Positions 21,078 through 31,901 of a DNA stretch of 64,000 nucleotides are shown piece by piece (the first letter of the stretch is position 1; every line of letters starts with the position of its first letter). Origin of the DNA: Polyangiaceae bacterium (GTDB lineage Bacteria > Myxococcota_A > Polyangia > Polyangiales > Polyangiaceae); NCBI GenBank assembly GCA_044376115.1, contig JBILLK010000010.1, positions 160,001 through 224,000 of the forward strand. The letters run 5' to 3'. The position numbers were made by a program, and so were the translations under genes. The notes below the pieces were generated by a model. That model was not told the origin of the DNA. It searched no databases and saw nothing but the letters and a program-made list of their open reading frames with translations.

Positions 21078-23156
21078 ATGGACTCCTCGTTTCGCTCCGG
21101 GTTTTCGCTGTTTATTGGGCTCACGCTCGGACTCGCCAGCGCCTGCGGGGGTGAACTCGTCGACCCGGCGCCAGGGGGTTCGGATGCCAGCGGCGGTGCT
21201 GGAGGTGGGGGCGGCGGTAGCGGTGGCGGCGGCGGAGGTGGGGGCGGCGTTCCAGACACGTACCCGCTGCTCGCCTGCGATCCAATCGTACCGAGCCACT
21301 GCGGGTTTCCCTTTCCTTCCAACGTCTACACGGTCGCGGACGCAACGACGCCCACCGGACGACGCGTCTCCTTCAAGCCGGAAGGGCTACCTCCGAGAAA
21401 GGACGGCTCGCTGATCGCTGGGGATGCCTGGAAAAAGTCGGATGGCTTTTCTTCGGGCGGGACGATCCTCGCGCAGATCGTCGGCGCGACGAACAGCGGG
21501 CTGGCGCAGGTAAACTCACCTGAAGACTCGCTCGCGGAAGCATCGCCGACCGTGCTCTTGGACGCAGAGACCGGCGAGCGGGTGCTGCATTGGGCCGAGA
21601 TCGACAAGACAGCGGAGAGCCCCGACCAGGCCTCGTTGCTTATCTTCCCCGCCGAACCGCTGCGCGACGGAGCACGCTACATCGTGGCGGTGCGCGGCCT
21701 TGTGGACGCCGAGGGCGCCACGCTCGAAGCGTCTCCAGCCTTCGCCGCTTTGCGCGACGGGACGACCTTCGACGACGCCTCGGTGGAGGCTCGCCGAGAT
21801 CTGTACGCCGATCTATTCGGTATTCTCGAGCGTGCTTCGGTTGGGCAGGAGGACCTTCAGCTCGCTTGGGACTTCACCACGGCGAGCCGGGCTAGCAACA
21901 CCGACTGGCTGCTGCACATGCGCGATGAAGCGATGCCCGAGGACTCGGACGGTCCGAACTACACCATCACGTCGGTGGATCAGGACCTCGATCCGGCCAA
22001 CATCGCCTACCGCCTGCGCGGCACGATGACCGTGCCTCTCTACCTGACCTCCCCCGACCCGGGCGGCTTCTTGGTGTTCGGTGAAGACGGCCTGCCCGAG
22101 CCCAATGCGGACCAACCGACGGCGGACTTCGAATGGGAGCTGCTGATTCCGCAGAGCGCCCTCACTGAGCCTGCCAAACTGCTGCAATACGGCCACGGCT
22201 TGCTGGGCGAGGAGACGCAGGTCGAGAGCGAACATTTCCGTACCTTTTGCAACCTCAACAACTACGCCATCTTCTCGACCAAGCTCTCGGGCATGGCCTC
22301 GGAAGATGAGGAATTCATCAGCCTCAAGATAGCGACGGGTGACTTGGACCAACTGACGTCCATGTTCGACCGGCTGCACCAAGGCTTCCTCAACAACCTG
22401 CTGGTGATGCGGATGGTCTCACGGGGGCTGACGCAAGATCCGACGTATGGCTCCTACCTCGACGGCAGCAAGCGCTTCTATTGGGGGATCAGCCAGGGCG
22501 GGATCTCGGGAGGCGTGCTGCTCTCAATCAGCCCGGACGTCGAGCGTGGCGCGCTCGAAGTGATGGGGCAGCCCTATTCACAGCTGCTCAACCGCAGCGT
22601 TGACTTCGATCCCTTCTTCGCTTTGATGCGATTTCAATACCCCGACGCCCGCCGCCAGCAGCATGTGCTTGGGGTCTTGCAGATGTTGTGGGACCGCGTC
22701 GAGCCAGCGGCCTACAGCAAGTATGCGTTCTCGGAACCGTTTGCCGGCTCACCCGCGAACCGCCGCACCTTGTTACGCGTCGCGGTGGGAGACCATCAAG
22801 TCAGCACCTACGGCGGACAAACCATGGCACGCGCAATGGGCGCCAAACACTTGGATACCGGGGTACGCAACGTCTACGGGCTGACCCAAGTGCTCGGTCC
22901 AGTCGATGAGAACGGCGCGGTTTACGCTGAATGGGACTTCGGCTTGCCGGACGAGCCGCAATGCAACCTACCACTCAGTGTTTGCGAAGATCCCCACGGC
23001 AAGCTGCGCAAGCTGGAGGACGCGCGCGCCCAACTGCACCAGTTCTTCGACACCGGCGTGATCGCCAACACCTGCGCTGGCGGCAATTGTGATCACAGTG
23101 ACCTCTCCGGCTGCACCGGCGCCGAAGATCCGAACCCATGCGATGATGCACCATGA
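21078..23156 (+). CDS. large alpha/beta-hydrolase (lipase-like) lipoprotein with Gly-rich linker
   Basis: Lipobox ASAC, poly-Gly, PFPSN, DGFS, YGHGLLG, nucleophile elbow GISQG, GDHQV, DPHG. Confidence 0.8.
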   Translation: MDSSFRSGFSLFIGLTLGLASACGGELVDPAPGGSDASGGAGGGGGGSGGGGGGGGGVPDTYPLLACDPIVPSHCGFPFPSNVYTVADATTPTGRRVSFKPEGLPPRKDGSLIAGDAWKKSDGFSSGGTILAQIVGATNSGLAQVNSPEDSLAEASPTVLLDAETGERVLHWAEIDKTAESPDQASLLIFPAEPLRDGARYIVAVRGLVDAEGATLEASPAFAALRDGTTFDDASVEARRDLYADLFGILERASVGQEDLQLAWDFTTASRASNTDWLLHMRDEAMPEDSDGPNYTITSVDQDLDPANIAYRLRGTMTVPLYLTSPDPGGFLVFGEDGLPEPNADQPTADFEWELLIPQSALTEPAKLLQYGHGLLGEETQVESEHFRTFCNLNNYAIFSTKLSGMASEDEEFISLKIATGDLDQLTSMFDRLHQGFLNNLLVMRMVSRGLTQDPTYGSYLDGSKRFYWGISQGGISGGVLLSISPDVERGALEVMGQPYSQLLNRSVDFDPFFALMRFQYPDARRQQHVLGVLQMLWDRVEPAAYSKYAFSEPFAGSPANRRTLLRVAVGDHQVSTYGGQTMARAMGAKHLDTGVRNVYGLTQVLGPVDENGAVYAEWDFGLPDEPQCNLPLSVCEDPHGKLRKLEDARAQLHQFFDTGVIANTCAGGNCDHSDLSGCTGAEDPNPCDDAP

Positions 23157-23899
23157 TCAAGCGCATTGGTCCTGCCCTCGTGTTCGCGCTGGCGTGCGGC
23201 GCGGACCCTTTGCAAATCGATGAAGTGGGGCCAGACGAGGTGACGCTACCGAGCGCAGCTGTATCGAGCTCGGCAGGCAGCCTCGTGCAAAGCCCGTCTT
23301 CAGCGGCGGCTCCGGATCTCCCGGACCCCGAGGGCTCCCAACGCTTCGAGGCGGTGGTGCGCGTATCGAAGGCCAAGCGAGACGCGGAGCACAAGTTGGT
23401 CTTCACCGGAGTGTGGCTGGTGCGCGAAGGCGACCCGCGAGACACCATCGCGAGCTACGCCAGCTCCACGGTTTGGCAGGATCTCGATGGAAAGAAGGTC
23501 CGTGTCTTGGGCGTCCCTTACCAGCCGATCGGGCGCGCGCTCGGTGGGCAACACGTACACGTGTTGGAGGCCCGCCTCGTCGACCCGAGCGAAGCAAGCT
23601 CGGTGATCGGGTTTGGACGCGAGCAGGAGCTCGAGGGCCAGTTTCAACGCGTCACCGTAGGCGAGGGCGAAAAGGCCAGCGGCGCGAGCTACTGGGCGTT
23701 CAACCAGAAGAACGGAGCGAGCTTCGAAGTCTTCGAGGGATTTTCGGAGCTGGCGGAGAAGCCCGAACTCGCCCAAAGAATGAAGATCCGCGCGCACGTG
23801 GTGGAGCTCTCGCCAACGATCCAGCGCCGAGGAGGACCGTTCCTTTGGGTGCGCGAAGCGCCCCTCCGCCCAAAGCAAGCCCGGGAAGAACTGCCGTGA
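23153..23899 (+). CDS. hypothetical lipoprotein
   Basis: Lipobox ALAC; ATGA overlap with the upstream hydrolase. Confidence 0.65.
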   Translation: MIKRIGPALVFALACGADPLQIDEVGPDEVTLPSAAVSSSAGSLVQSPSSAAAPDLPDPEGSQRFEAVVRVSKAKRDAEHKLVFTGVWLVREGDPRDTIASYASSTVWQDLDGKKVRVLGVPYQPIGRALGGQHVHVLEARLVDPSEASSVIGFGREQELEGQFQRVTVGEGEKASGASYWAFNQKNGASFEVFEGFSELAEKPELAQRMKIRAHVVELSPTIQRRGGPFLWVREAPLRPKQAREELP

Positions 23900-23926
23900 C
23901 GCAGCGGCCGACCGGGCCATGGAATT

Positions 23927-23960
23927 GAAAAAGGCGCTGGGGTTGCCCTCAGCGCCTTTC
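23927..23960. terminator. bidirectional intrinsic terminator
   Basis: AAAGGCGCTG...CAGCGCCTTT stem with T-runs on both strands, between the lipoprotein operon and the tRNAs. Confidence 0.8.
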
Positions 23961-23968
23961 AACGATTT

Positions 23969-24044
23969 TGGTGGGTCATGAAGGACTTGAACCTTCAGCC
24001 AACGGATTAAGAGTCCGCTGCTCTACCAATTGAGCTAATGACCC
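23969..24044 (-). tRNA. tRNA-Lys(CTT)
   Basis: GGGTCATTAGCTCAATTGGTAGAGCA GCGGA CTCTTAA TCCGT...GAAGGTTCAAGTCCTTCATGACCCACCA; 76 nt, CCA encoded. Confidence 0.96.
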
Positions 24045-24072
24045 GAAATTTTTACTTTATTCAGTGACGCCG

Positions 24073-24146
24073 CGCGCCCGGAAGGATTCGAACCTACGAC
24101 CCTCGGATTCGAAGTCCGATGCTCTATCCAGCTGAGCTACGGGCGC
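24073..24146 (-). tRNA. tRNA-Arg(TCG), CCA not encoded
   Basis: GCGCCCGTAGCTCAGCTGGATAGAGCA TCGGA CTTCGAA TCCGA...GTAGGTTCGAATCCTTCCGGGCGCG. Confidence 0.93.
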
Positions 24147-24192
24147 ATCGCCTGGCCTCGCGGTCAAGCCGGGCGTTTCTATCGATCGGGAC

Positions 24193-24867
24193 ATGAGCTG
24201 TCAAGCGACTATGATGAGACGCGTTATGACAATCTCAACTGACACGATTTCGACCGGCAAATCTGGGGGACACGACAGTAACAAAATTGAGGGCACCTCG
24301 CTCTTGGCGTTGCTCGCAGGGGGTGCAAGTCGGGAGACCATCGCCCAATTCCTGGATGCGTTGCCTGCGGGAGACCGGCTCGCCCAAGTGATTTCGGTGA
24401 AGGGCAGCAAGGTTGGCCGGCTCTACGAGGCCGTTGGCGGCGGGCCAGCGCTCACGCTCAATGACTTCGTGCCGCAAGGAGAACAAGGCACCGTGATCTT
24501 CGAGGGGCGCAATTCGCTGCCCGCCTTCTCGCGCTTTCAGAAACGCTTTGCACGCGTGGGAACCACGGTCGTTGGTTACAACCACCAAACGATGGCCTTC
24601 GCCACCGGGCCTGGCTTCTTCGTGCTGCGTGAAGCAACGGCTGGCGAGGCACACCCGGATGAGCTGTTCTTCGACTACACCACCGACCCGCCCGGCATCC
24701 CAGTGGGCTGGCCGCGATTCCAGCGCAACGACGTTGGGCTGTCGAAGGCGGTCTACATGAACATGAAGGACTTCTGCAGGCCCGTCGCGCGCGGTGTGCT
24801 CGTTGGCAAGGCGTACAAGTTGGGCGTAGCGCAAGGCGCCTTCTTCACGCTCACCCGCGCCGTCTGA
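24193..24867 (+). CDS. hypothetical protein
   Basis: Good codon bias; FEGRNSLPAFSRFQKRF...GYNHQ...TGPGFF; start uncertain. Confidence 0.65.
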   Translation: MSCQATMMRRVMTISTDTISTGKSGGHDSNKIEGTSLLALLAGGASRETIAQFLDALPAGDRLAQVISVKGSKVGRLYEAVGGGPALTLNDFVPQGEQGTVIFEGRNSLPAFSRFQKRFARVGTTVVGYNHQTMAFATGPGFFVLREATAGEAHPDELFFDYTTDPPGIPVGWPRFQRNDVGLSKAVYMNMKDFCRPVARGVLVGKAYKLGVAQGAFFTLTRAV

Positions 24868-24870
24868 AGC

Positions 24871-26727
24871 TCACCCGCGGGTGAGCTTCATCCAGCGGTA
24901 GGCACCAAACCCTACCGCGAGCAGCATCAGCGGCAGGCTGAACCAGCTCACGCTCATGTTGCTACCCGTCGCCTTGTTGACGATCACCACGACCACGGTC
25001 GAGAGCAGCGCCAAGGCCATCACCACGATGGCCGGCATCATCGGCTTTAGCCACGTGGACGGCTCATCAAACCGAATCTCGTGCTGCTCGTCGACGCCCA
25101 ACGCTTTGCCGGCGATCGACTTGGCCGCCGAAGCGGCTGCACGAGCCGCAGCGGCAGCAGCAGCAGCACGCTCGGCGGCTCGCACTGAAGCCGGCACCCC
25201 CGGCGCTTCCGGGGCCGCTGCGTGACCACCAAACGAAGCTGGGGCCTGCGGCCAGCCGGCGCTCTGCTCGAAGCTTTGGCCCTGCGAAAAAGGCGCTTGC
25301 ATGGGCGCAACCGGCGCAGCGGCTGGAGACTGCGCGAAGGACGGAACCGAAGTGGGCCCGGCAGCGAGATCCAACGCGTTGCCAAAGCCCTCGGAGGCAT
25401 CGAGGCCAGCTGGAGCTTGGCCGCCACCCTCTTCCGGAGCTTTGGGCTGAATCGGAATCGGGACGGGTGCGACTTTGGGCTGGTTCGGCAGCACGCTGGG
25501 CCGCGGGTCGAGCCCAAAGTCGAGATCTCCGGCAAACTCGGGAGCGCTAGCTTCCGGCCGCGCAGAGCCCGCGAGCGGGGCCGCCTGAGCGGGTTGCGTA
25601 AAGACGTCGGGGATGATCACAGGCCCGGCCATCGAGCTGCGCTGGTGAGCCATTGACGGGGCAAGCCCAAGCGCCCGCTCCAAGTCAGACCAGAAGGCCT
25701 CCATGCTGCGATGACGCTGCGTGGGAGCCACGGCCAGCGCTTTGCGGAACACCGCATCGACTTCGTCGCTGGTGTCCACGCCGAGCCGACGTGGAGTTGG
25801 ACGCTTCGTTTCGTCCAGGCAGAGCGAGAGCATCGTTGCGGGAGGCCCATCGATCGCGGGACGTTGAGCGGCAAACTCGGAAACGGTCAGCGCCATCCCA
25901 AAGACATCGGTCCATGGCCCCGTCTGCCCGTACTTGTCGGGCGCCCATTGCTCGGGCGCCGCATAAGCGGGCGTGAACATGTTGCCTTGCGTCTCTGCTG
26001 TCGCGCGACCCGCTTCTCGCGTAGCGGCCGAACGAACCTTTGCGATACCAAAATCGAAAATCTTGATCGTCTGCCCAGCATCTCCGTTCACTACGAAAAT
26101 GTTGTCCGGCTTTAGATCGCAATGAAGGATGCACAGCTCCCCTTCGGGGCTCTGCACGCGATGCGCGCGATGCAGAGCTCGCGCAACCGAAGAAAGGACC
26201 TCCACCGCACGCTGCACACCCAGCGCCGGTTGCCTGTCGGTGAGCCTCCTGACGATCAGGTCCTTGAGCGTTTCACCGTCGAGCCACTCGAAGGCGATGA
26301 AGGGAACCAGCCGCCCATCCGGTAGGCCGAAGGAGTCAACTTGCAGCGGGCGTACGACCTCGGGAATGCTGCCCGAAAGTCGAAACATCACCTCGCCTTC
26401 CTTCATGAATCGCGAGAGAAAAAGCTGGCGTTCCTCCTCGGTCAAGGTGGCCGGAATCTTCAGGCACTTGAGCGCGACCGGAGCTGCGAACTTGAGGTGC
26501 TTGGCCCGATACACAACGCCAAATCCGCCGTGCGCTACGACCTTCTCCACGAGGAAGGTTCCCTGCACCGCGGTTCCAACGATGCGGAAGGGATCCCCAA
26601 GGCTGCCGGGCGCGCTGGAGTCGTGCCGCGCGACGGATGAGGCCGGAGGTAGATCCAGCTCCATGCCGCCAAGGTCGAAGGACAATCCTCCGCCGAGTGG
26701 ATCGAATTTTTCCGCGGGCGTCGTCAT
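24871..26727 (-). CDS. Hanks-type Ser/Thr protein kinase with Pro/Ala linker and two C-terminal TM helices
   Basis: HGGFGVVY, VALK, HCDLKPDN, DFG, YAAPEQ, TDVF. Confidence 0.95.
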   Translation of the reverse strand: MTTPAEKFDPLGGGLSFDLGGMELDLPPASSVARHDSSAPGSLGDPFRIVGTAVQGTFLVEKVVAHGGFGVVYRAKHLKFAAPVALKCLKIPATLTEEERQLFLSRFMKEGEVMFRLSGSIPEVVRPLQVDSFGLPDGRLVPFIAFEWLDGETLKDLIVRRLTDRQPALGVQRAVEVLSSVARALHRAHRVQSPEGELCILHCDLKPDNIFVVNGDAGQTIKIFDFGIAKVRSAATREAGRATAETQGNMFTPAYAAPEQWAPDKYGQTGPWTDVFGMALTVSEFAAQRPAIDGPPATMLSLCLDETKRPTPRRLGVDTSDEVDAVFRKALAVAPTQRHRSMEAFWSDLERALGLAPSMAHQRSSMAGPVIIPDVFTQPAQAAPLAGSARPEASAPEFAGDLDFGLDPRPSVLPNQPKVAPVPIPIQPKAPEEGGGQAPAGLDASEGFGNALDLAAGPTSVPSFAQSPAAAPVAPMQAPFSQGQSFEQSAGWPQAPASFGGHAAAPEAPGVPASVRAAERAAAAAAAARAAASAAKSIAGKALGVDEQHEIRFDEPSTWLKPMMPAIVVMALALLSTVVVVIVNKATGSNMSVSWFSLPLMLLAVGFGAYRWMKLTRG

Positions 26728-26857
26728 GCGACAACCAAGCTAGATAGTTCCGTCGAGCATTGAAAGGCCCTCGGAAGCAGGTTGCCAGTGCAACGTATGC
26801 GTCAGGAGCAGGCTCGCTCACGATTGCGCACACAACTCCGCACCACGCGCTACCCCC

Positions 26858-27700
26858 TCAGAGCGTCGCCCGGAGCGCTGCCGTGAGGATCTCGAGCACG
26901 CGCTCCGGAGCGTCAACATGCAGCCAATGACCTGCGTTCGCTAGGTGGTGGACCGTCAGCAGCCCTTGCTGCCCCAACACGTTCACACGCTGCTGGGACG
27001 CGGGGCCAAGCGCCGAGCCGTTCCCAGCGATCAAGTAGTGCAGGGCGACCTTGTGCGAGGCTTCGAGCATCGGGAAGTAGTCGCGCGTGCGGTAGTCCTC
27101 GAGCATGCTGCGAATCGCTGGCAGGTCGAGTCGCAGCGAGTACGCGTCGCCATCTCGACGGACGTTCATCGCCAACCACGCAACGATCGCCTGGGGGAAT
27201 TCGCGCGCGGCGAGCTCCGCTTGAAAAAACTCCCGGCTCGGTAGCACGCGTGGCAGCGCCTCCAGCGCTTCAAGCACGCGCAGCACGAGCGAGCTGGCCA
27301 CATCCATCTGTGCCACGCCCGGATCCGAGTCGAGCACGACCGCCGTACGGACCCAACCTGGCTGCTGCTCGAGGGCCGCGAGCACCACCTTTCCGCCGAA
27401 CGAATGGCCGGCGATCGCGCGCACGGGTAGCTCCAAGCTCGCAGCAAGACGCAGCACATCGTCGGCAGCTGCAGGTAGCGTGTGCGGAGGCGCGAAACCT
27501 TGGGATTGACCATGCCCGCGCAGATCGGCCAGCACTACAGCCCACCCGGGGTTCTGCTCACAGAGTCGGCCTGCGATGGTGCGGAAATTGGTGCCCATCC
27601 CGAACACGCCGTGGAGCATCAACAGCACGCGCTCGGGAGAGCCAGCGCTCGGACGAACCCATTGATGGGCGAGCAGAGGGGCGTTCACCGGACTGCGCAT
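26858..27700 (-). CDS. alpha/beta hydrolase (YbfF-like esterase)
   Basis: LHGVFG, DLRGHG, GHSFGG, AGHWLH; start 27700 or 27718. Confidence 0.88.
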   Translation of the reverse strand: MRSPVNAPLLAHQWVRPSAGSPERVLLMLHGVFGMGTNFRTIAGRLCEQNPGWAVVLADLRGHGQSQGFAPPHTLPAAADDVLRLAASLELPVRAIAGHSFGGKVVLAALEQQPGWVRTAVVLDSDPGVAQMDVASSLVLRVLEALEALPRVLPSREFFQAELAAREFPQAIVAWLAMNVRRDGDAYSLRLDLPAIRSMLEDYRTRDYFPMLEASHKVALHYLIAGNGSALGPASQQRVNVLGQQGLLTVHHLANAGHWLHVDAPERVLEILTAALRATL

Positions 27701-27760
27701 ACCACGACCCAAGGCCAAGAATCACTCGTGGCGGCCAGGTCAACCTCGTAACCTAGAGCC

Positions 27761-28213
27761 ATGGCTACTCCCCGCGCCAAAGTTCGCCCGACCAAGCCCA
27801 AGAAAGCTGCAGGCCCTGCCAAGCCTGTTCGCTTCGAAGGAACCCTGCTTGAACGGGCGTCCTTTCGCGACGTGTCGCTCGCAGCAGCCTCCTTCGAGGA
27901 CGTCTCCCTCGAGCGAGCACGCATGACCGATGTTTCTTTGAGGGGAGCGGAGCTCAACAACGTTGATGGCAGAAAACTCAAGCTCAATGACGCAGATCTC
28001 TCGGACGCAAGTTTCGAGAACGTCAAGCTTGCCAAGAGCACGTTCGAGGACGTTTCGCTGCGTGATTCGCGCCTCAACAACGTCGACTTACGCGGCGTCG
28101 TCATCACCGACGCTGCCATCGATGGGCTGACCGTGAACGGTCACGCAGTAGCGGATCTGATCGCGCTCGCTGCCGCTGCGCCCAAAGCGGTGCGGCGACG
28201 CACTGGGCGGTAG
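27761..28213 (+). CDS. pentapeptide repeat protein
   Basis: ASFRD/VSLAA/ASFED/VSLER/ARMTD/VSLRG repeats. Confidence 0.88.
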   Translation: MATPRAKVRPTKPKKAAGPAKPVRFEGTLLERASFRDVSLAAASFEDVSLERARMTDVSLRGAELNNVDGRKLKLNDADLSDASFENVKLAKSTFEDVSLRDSRLNNVDLRGVVITDAAIDGLTVNGHAVADLIALAAAAPKAVRRRTGR

Positions 28214-28247
28214 CAAGCGGGGCCATTCTTGCGTAGGTTTCCGGCCA

Positions 28248-30560
28248 ATGGCTGGCCGCAAGCTCAAGACCGAAGAATGCCGTAAGCAGCTCGACGAGAG
28301 CCTGCTCAACTTCGAAACGACGATGGACGTCACGCCCTCGACTGGCGTGGTCGCTCAAGATCGCGCGCTCGAGGCGCTCGAGTTCGGCTTGGAGATACGC
28401 CAACCGCGCTTTCACGTCGTCGTCGTCGGTAACTCGGGCGCTGGCCGCACCTTCAGCGTACGCGCCACGGCCGAGCGAATCGCGCAGACGCGAGAGACTC
28501 CCGATGACCTGCTGCTGCTACCCAACCCGGATCGGCCGAGCGAGCCGAAGGCGCTGTTTCTACCTGCGTCGCAGGGCAAAGAGTGCGTTGAAACCTTGAA
28601 CGCGCTGTACCTGAAGCTGGTGGAGTCGGTGCACTCAGCTACCGAGGGCGAGCGCTTCAAGCAGGCGCAAACACGCGTCGCCCGGCGTACCCGCCGTGAA
28701 GAGACGCGGCTCGAGGCGGAGCTCGCCGAGCTCGTCGGCTCTCACGGCTTCAGCGTCGAACGCACCGGAGATGACATCGAGCTGCGGCGTGCGGAAGCCG
28801 AAGAGACGCCCAGCGATGAAACCCTGGAGGCGGTGAAGAGCGCGGTGGAGGACTTCGAGTCGAAGCTCACCGACCTGCACGAGGAGGCTGAGTCCGAGCT
28901 ACGCGGCGGGATCAAAGCCTTTCTTTCGGACGCGGTAAAAGGCCATTTCGCGCCGGTCGCCGCCAAATACGAGACCACGGGAGAGCTCGCAAGCTTCATC
29001 ACGCGTTTGGAAGCAGCGGTGATCGCGCGGCTCCACCAATCGCTCGACGAACCCGGCGGTGAGGAGCCTGTCGGCCTGTCACGTGGCGTGGTCGTGCCCA
29101 CGTTGCTCACCGAACACACCCCCGGTAGCGGAGCCCCCGTCGTCGAGGTGACGCACCCGACCTTGGCCGCGTTGTTCGGGCGCAGTCACTCCCCGCCCGA
29201 TGCAGCATTTCCGCCCGAGCCAGGCTTCGCAGTTGGTGGCGCGTTGCATGAAGCCAACGGCGGCTTTCTGATTCTGCCGGCCAACGCCCTGCTCAAGAAC
29301 GAGACGCTGTACGAGCATCTGAAGGCCTGCTTGCTCTCCGGGAAGTTCATCGTGCCGGATCAGAACCCCTCGTACTACCGCGGGGCAGCGGAGGAGCTCT
29401 TGTTCCCGACCTTCCCGATCGACGTCAAAGTCATCTTGGTGGCCGGGCCAAGCTTGTTCCAAGAACTGCACGCCGCTGACCCTGAGTTTTCGCAGTTGTT
29501 CAAGGTGCAAGCGCGCTTCGAACCCACCTTGGCCTTCGATGAAGCGCCTCGCGCGTACCCACCGTTCCTCGCTGGGCTGATTCAACAACGCAGGCTGCTA
29601 CCGCTGTCTCGCGGAGCCGTGCGCGAGTTGATCTTTCACGGCGGACGGCTCGCGGAGAGCCAGTCCAAAGTCACCAGCTGCTTGGGCTTGATCGCCGAGG
29701 TGGCCACGGAGGCCTCCTACCTCGCGGTGCGGCGCAAGGCGACGACGGTGAGCGCGGAAGACGTCGTGTCGGCGATCGACGGCGCCAAGCGTCGCGGCAG
29801 TCAGTTCCGCGACGCCCTTCACGAGCTGCTCACCAACGGCACCATTCGCATCGAGACGCGCGGCTCGATCGTCGGTCAGGTGAACGCCATCAGCGTGCTC
29901 TCCGACGGTCCCATCGCCTTCGGCCGCCCCTGCCGCGTAACCGCGGTGGTTTACCCCGGTCACGAAGGGCCGATGAACATCGCGCGCGAGGTGGAGATGA
30001 GCGGTCCGATTCACGCCAAAGGCGTACTCGTGCTCAACGGCTTCTTGGCCGCACGCTTCGCCCAACGCAGGCCACTGTCCTTCAGCGCCTCGCTCGTGTT
30101 CGAACAGACCTACGAGGCGATCGATGGGGACAGCGCCTCCTCGAGTGAGCTTTACGCCCTTTTGTCCGCGCTCTCGGGGCTGCCGCTGCGACAAGACCTC
30201 GCCGTCACCGGCAGCGTCGATCAAGGCGGCAGTATCCAGCCTGTCGGCGGCCTCAACGAGAAGATCGAGGCCTTCTTCGATGTGTGTCAAGCCAAGGGTG
30301 GTCTCACCGGGACGCAGGGCGTACTCATCCCAGCCAACAACGTGGACGCGTTGATGCTGCGCTCGGACGTCGTGCAAGCGATCTCCGAGGAGATGTTCCA
30401 CATCTACGCGATCCAGTCGGTCGAACAGGGCATCGAGCTTTTGACCGGGGTGCCCGCCGGCGAGCCGATCAACCCTGCGCCCAACACAGTCTTTGCCCAC
30501 GTCGAAGCGACACTGGCCCGCTTCCACGAGACGCTGCTACCGCGGCGCAATCCCAGCTAA
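28248..30560 (+). CDS. Lon-like S16 protease (AAA_32/LonC-type)
   Basis: GALHEANGGFL, VGQVNAISV, GPIHAKG, IDGDSASS (catalytic Ser), GGLNEK (catalytic Lys). Confidence 0.92.
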   Translation: MAGRKLKTEECRKQLDESLLNFETTMDVTPSTGVVAQDRALEALEFGLEIRQPRFHVVVVGNSGAGRTFSVRATAERIAQTRETPDDLLLLPNPDRPSEPKALFLPASQGKECVETLNALYLKLVESVHSATEGERFKQAQTRVARRTRREETRLEAELAELVGSHGFSVERTGDDIELRRAEAEETPSDETLEAVKSAVEDFESKLTDLHEEAESELRGGIKAFLSDAVKGHFAPVAAKYETTGELASFITRLEAAVIARLHQSLDEPGGEEPVGLSRGVVVPTLLTEHTPGSGAPVVEVTHPTLAALFGRSHSPPDAAFPPEPGFAVGGALHEANGGFLILPANALLKNETLYEHLKACLLSGKFIVPDQNPSYYRGAAEELLFPTFPIDVKVILVAGPSLFQELHAADPEFSQLFKVQARFEPTLAFDEAPRAYPPFLAGLIQQRRLLPLSRGAVRELIFHGGRLAESQSKVTSCLGLIAEVATEASYLAVRRKATTVSAEDVVSAIDGAKRRGSQFRDALHELLTNGTIRIETRGSIVGQVNAISVLSDGPIAFGRPCRVTAVVYPGHEGPMNIAREVEMSGPIHAKGVLVLNGFLAARFAQRRPLSFSASLVFEQTYEAIDGDSASSSELYALLSALSGLPLRQDLAVTGSVDQGGSIQPVGGLNEKIEAFFDVCQAKGGLTGTQGVLIPANNVDALMLRSDVVQAISEEMFHIYAIQSVEQGIELLTGVPAGEPINPAPNTVFAHVEATLARFHETLLPRRNPS

Positions 30561-30575
30561 GGGACGCGATTCGCT

Positions 30576-31838
30576 GTGCTCGCCCGCCGGCTCACGTTGC
30601 TCGACGTCTTGGCCATTGGCGTCAACGCCATCGTTGGCTCTGGCGTCTTCAGCATGCCCGACGATATGGCCCGAGCGATGGGCGCTTGGTCGCCGCTGGC
30701 CTACGTCGGCTGCGCCCTCGTACTCATCCCGGTGTCGCTCTGCTTCGCCGAGTTGGCGAGCTCCCACAATCAAACAGGCGGTCCTTACCTCTACGCGCGA
30801 GCGGCCTTCGGCAGGAACATCGGCTTCGTAGTTGGCTGGGCCTGCTTTCTCAACGCCTTCCTGAGCTTCGCAGCCAACGTTACGCAGTTCGTCGCGCTGG
30901 CTGGCTTGGCCAACCATGCGCTCTATCGCGTGGTGGTCGTGGCGGTCATCCTGCTGCTCGGGGGAATCAACTACATCGGCGTGAAGCCGGGAGCAGCCGT
31001 CGTCAACCTGATGACCATCGGCAAGCTGAGCGCGATCGTCTTGTTCGTGGTCGCAGCGGTGAGTCACTTCGACGCGAGCAACCTTCAGGGCCACGTCGAG
31101 CTCGGCGTCGCTGGCACAGCCAACGGCATCTACCTCGCGTTGTTTCCGCTCCAAGGGTTCGAGGTTGTGCCCGTCCCCGCGGGGGAAACCAAGAATCCCG
31201 AGCGCGCCATTCCACTCGCTACCGTCGGCTCGCTGCTTTTTGCGTCGCTCTTGTTCGTGGTCGTTCAAGGGGTGATGGTTGGTGCCTACGCGAAGATCAG
31301 CACCGAGTCGGATACGCCTTTGGTGGACGCGGCTCGCTCGTTCGGCCCACTCATCGGCGGCCTCGTTCTGCTCGGGAGCATCGTCAGCGTCGGTGGTTTT
31401 TCGGCGGGGAGCGCACTCGGTAGCCCACGCTACGCGCAAGCGCTGGCCGAGGGCGGAGATCTGCCCCATGCGCTGCGAGCGGTGCATCCTCGTTTTGGTA
31501 CGCCGCACCTCGCCATTCTGGGCACCACCCTGCTCACAGCCGTGCTCGGCGCGTTCTTTACCTACCGCGAGCTGGTGGGCTTCTCCAACGTGACGGTGGT
31601 CGTGCAGTACGCCCTCACTTGCCTCGCGGTCCCCATCCTGCGCAAAGCGGGTGCGCAATCGCGCTTTCGAGTGCCCTTCGGGCTGCTGATCCCGGTGCTC
31701 GGCACGGTGGGGTCGTTGACGTTCCTCTTGGGCTCCAACCGCGGGGAGTTGGTTTGGGCTGCCGTGGGCGTTGGAGCAGGCGTCATCATCACGGCGCTGG
31801 TCCGGCTTTCAGCATCCCCACCAGCATCTCGAGGGTAG
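30576..31838 (+). CDS. APC family amino acid permease
   Basis: IVGSGVF, GGPYLY, GFE, GETKNPERAIP, HPRFGTP; about 12 TM helices. Confidence 0.92.
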   Translation: MLARRLTLLDVLAIGVNAIVGSGVFSMPDDMARAMGAWSPLAYVGCALVLIPVSLCFAELASSHNQTGGPYLYARAAFGRNIGFVVGWACFLNAFLSFAANVTQFVALAGLANHALYRVVVVAVILLLGGINYIGVKPGAAVVNLMTIGKLSAIVLFVVAAVSHFDASNLQGHVELGVAGTANGIYLALFPLQGFEVVPVPAGETKNPERAIPLATVGSLLFASLLFVVVQGVMVGAYAKISTESDTPLVDAARSFGPLIGGLVLLGSIVSVGGFSAGSALGSPRYAQALAEGGDLPHALRAVHPRFGTPHLAILGTTLLTAVLGAFFTYRELVGFSNVTVVVQYALTCLAVPILRKAGAQSRFRVPFGLLIPVLGTVGSLTFLLGSNRGELVWAAVGVGAGVIITALVRLSASPPASRG

Positions 31839-31901
31839 CTTCGCGCGGGCGACCATGGGAATGAGAGCCGCTCTGCTCTCTGCTCGCTAGGCCGACGAAC
31901 C

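Noticed and set aside
20795..21322. 175-aa Pro-rich ORF apparently fused to L31, and the 20988 start for the hydrolase
   Set aside because: The Pro run is the antisense of the hydrolase's poly-Gly linker. rpmE has its own RBS and ATG at 21001, and the hydrolase signal peptide starts at 21078.
23969..24146. tRNA pair as a possible integration site of an island
   Set aside because: No integrase, and I saw no duplicated tRNA 3' end in the window.
27840..28120. Periodic 15/30-bp DNA repeats that might be a CRISPR-like array
   Set aside because: They encode pentapeptide repeats in an intact ORF; no spacers or cas genes.
28248..28470. Walker A GNSGAGRT lacking Lys as a sign of a dead Lon
   Set aside because: A degenerate ATPase site is expected in LonC/AAA_32-type proteases, and the Ser-Lys dyad is intact.
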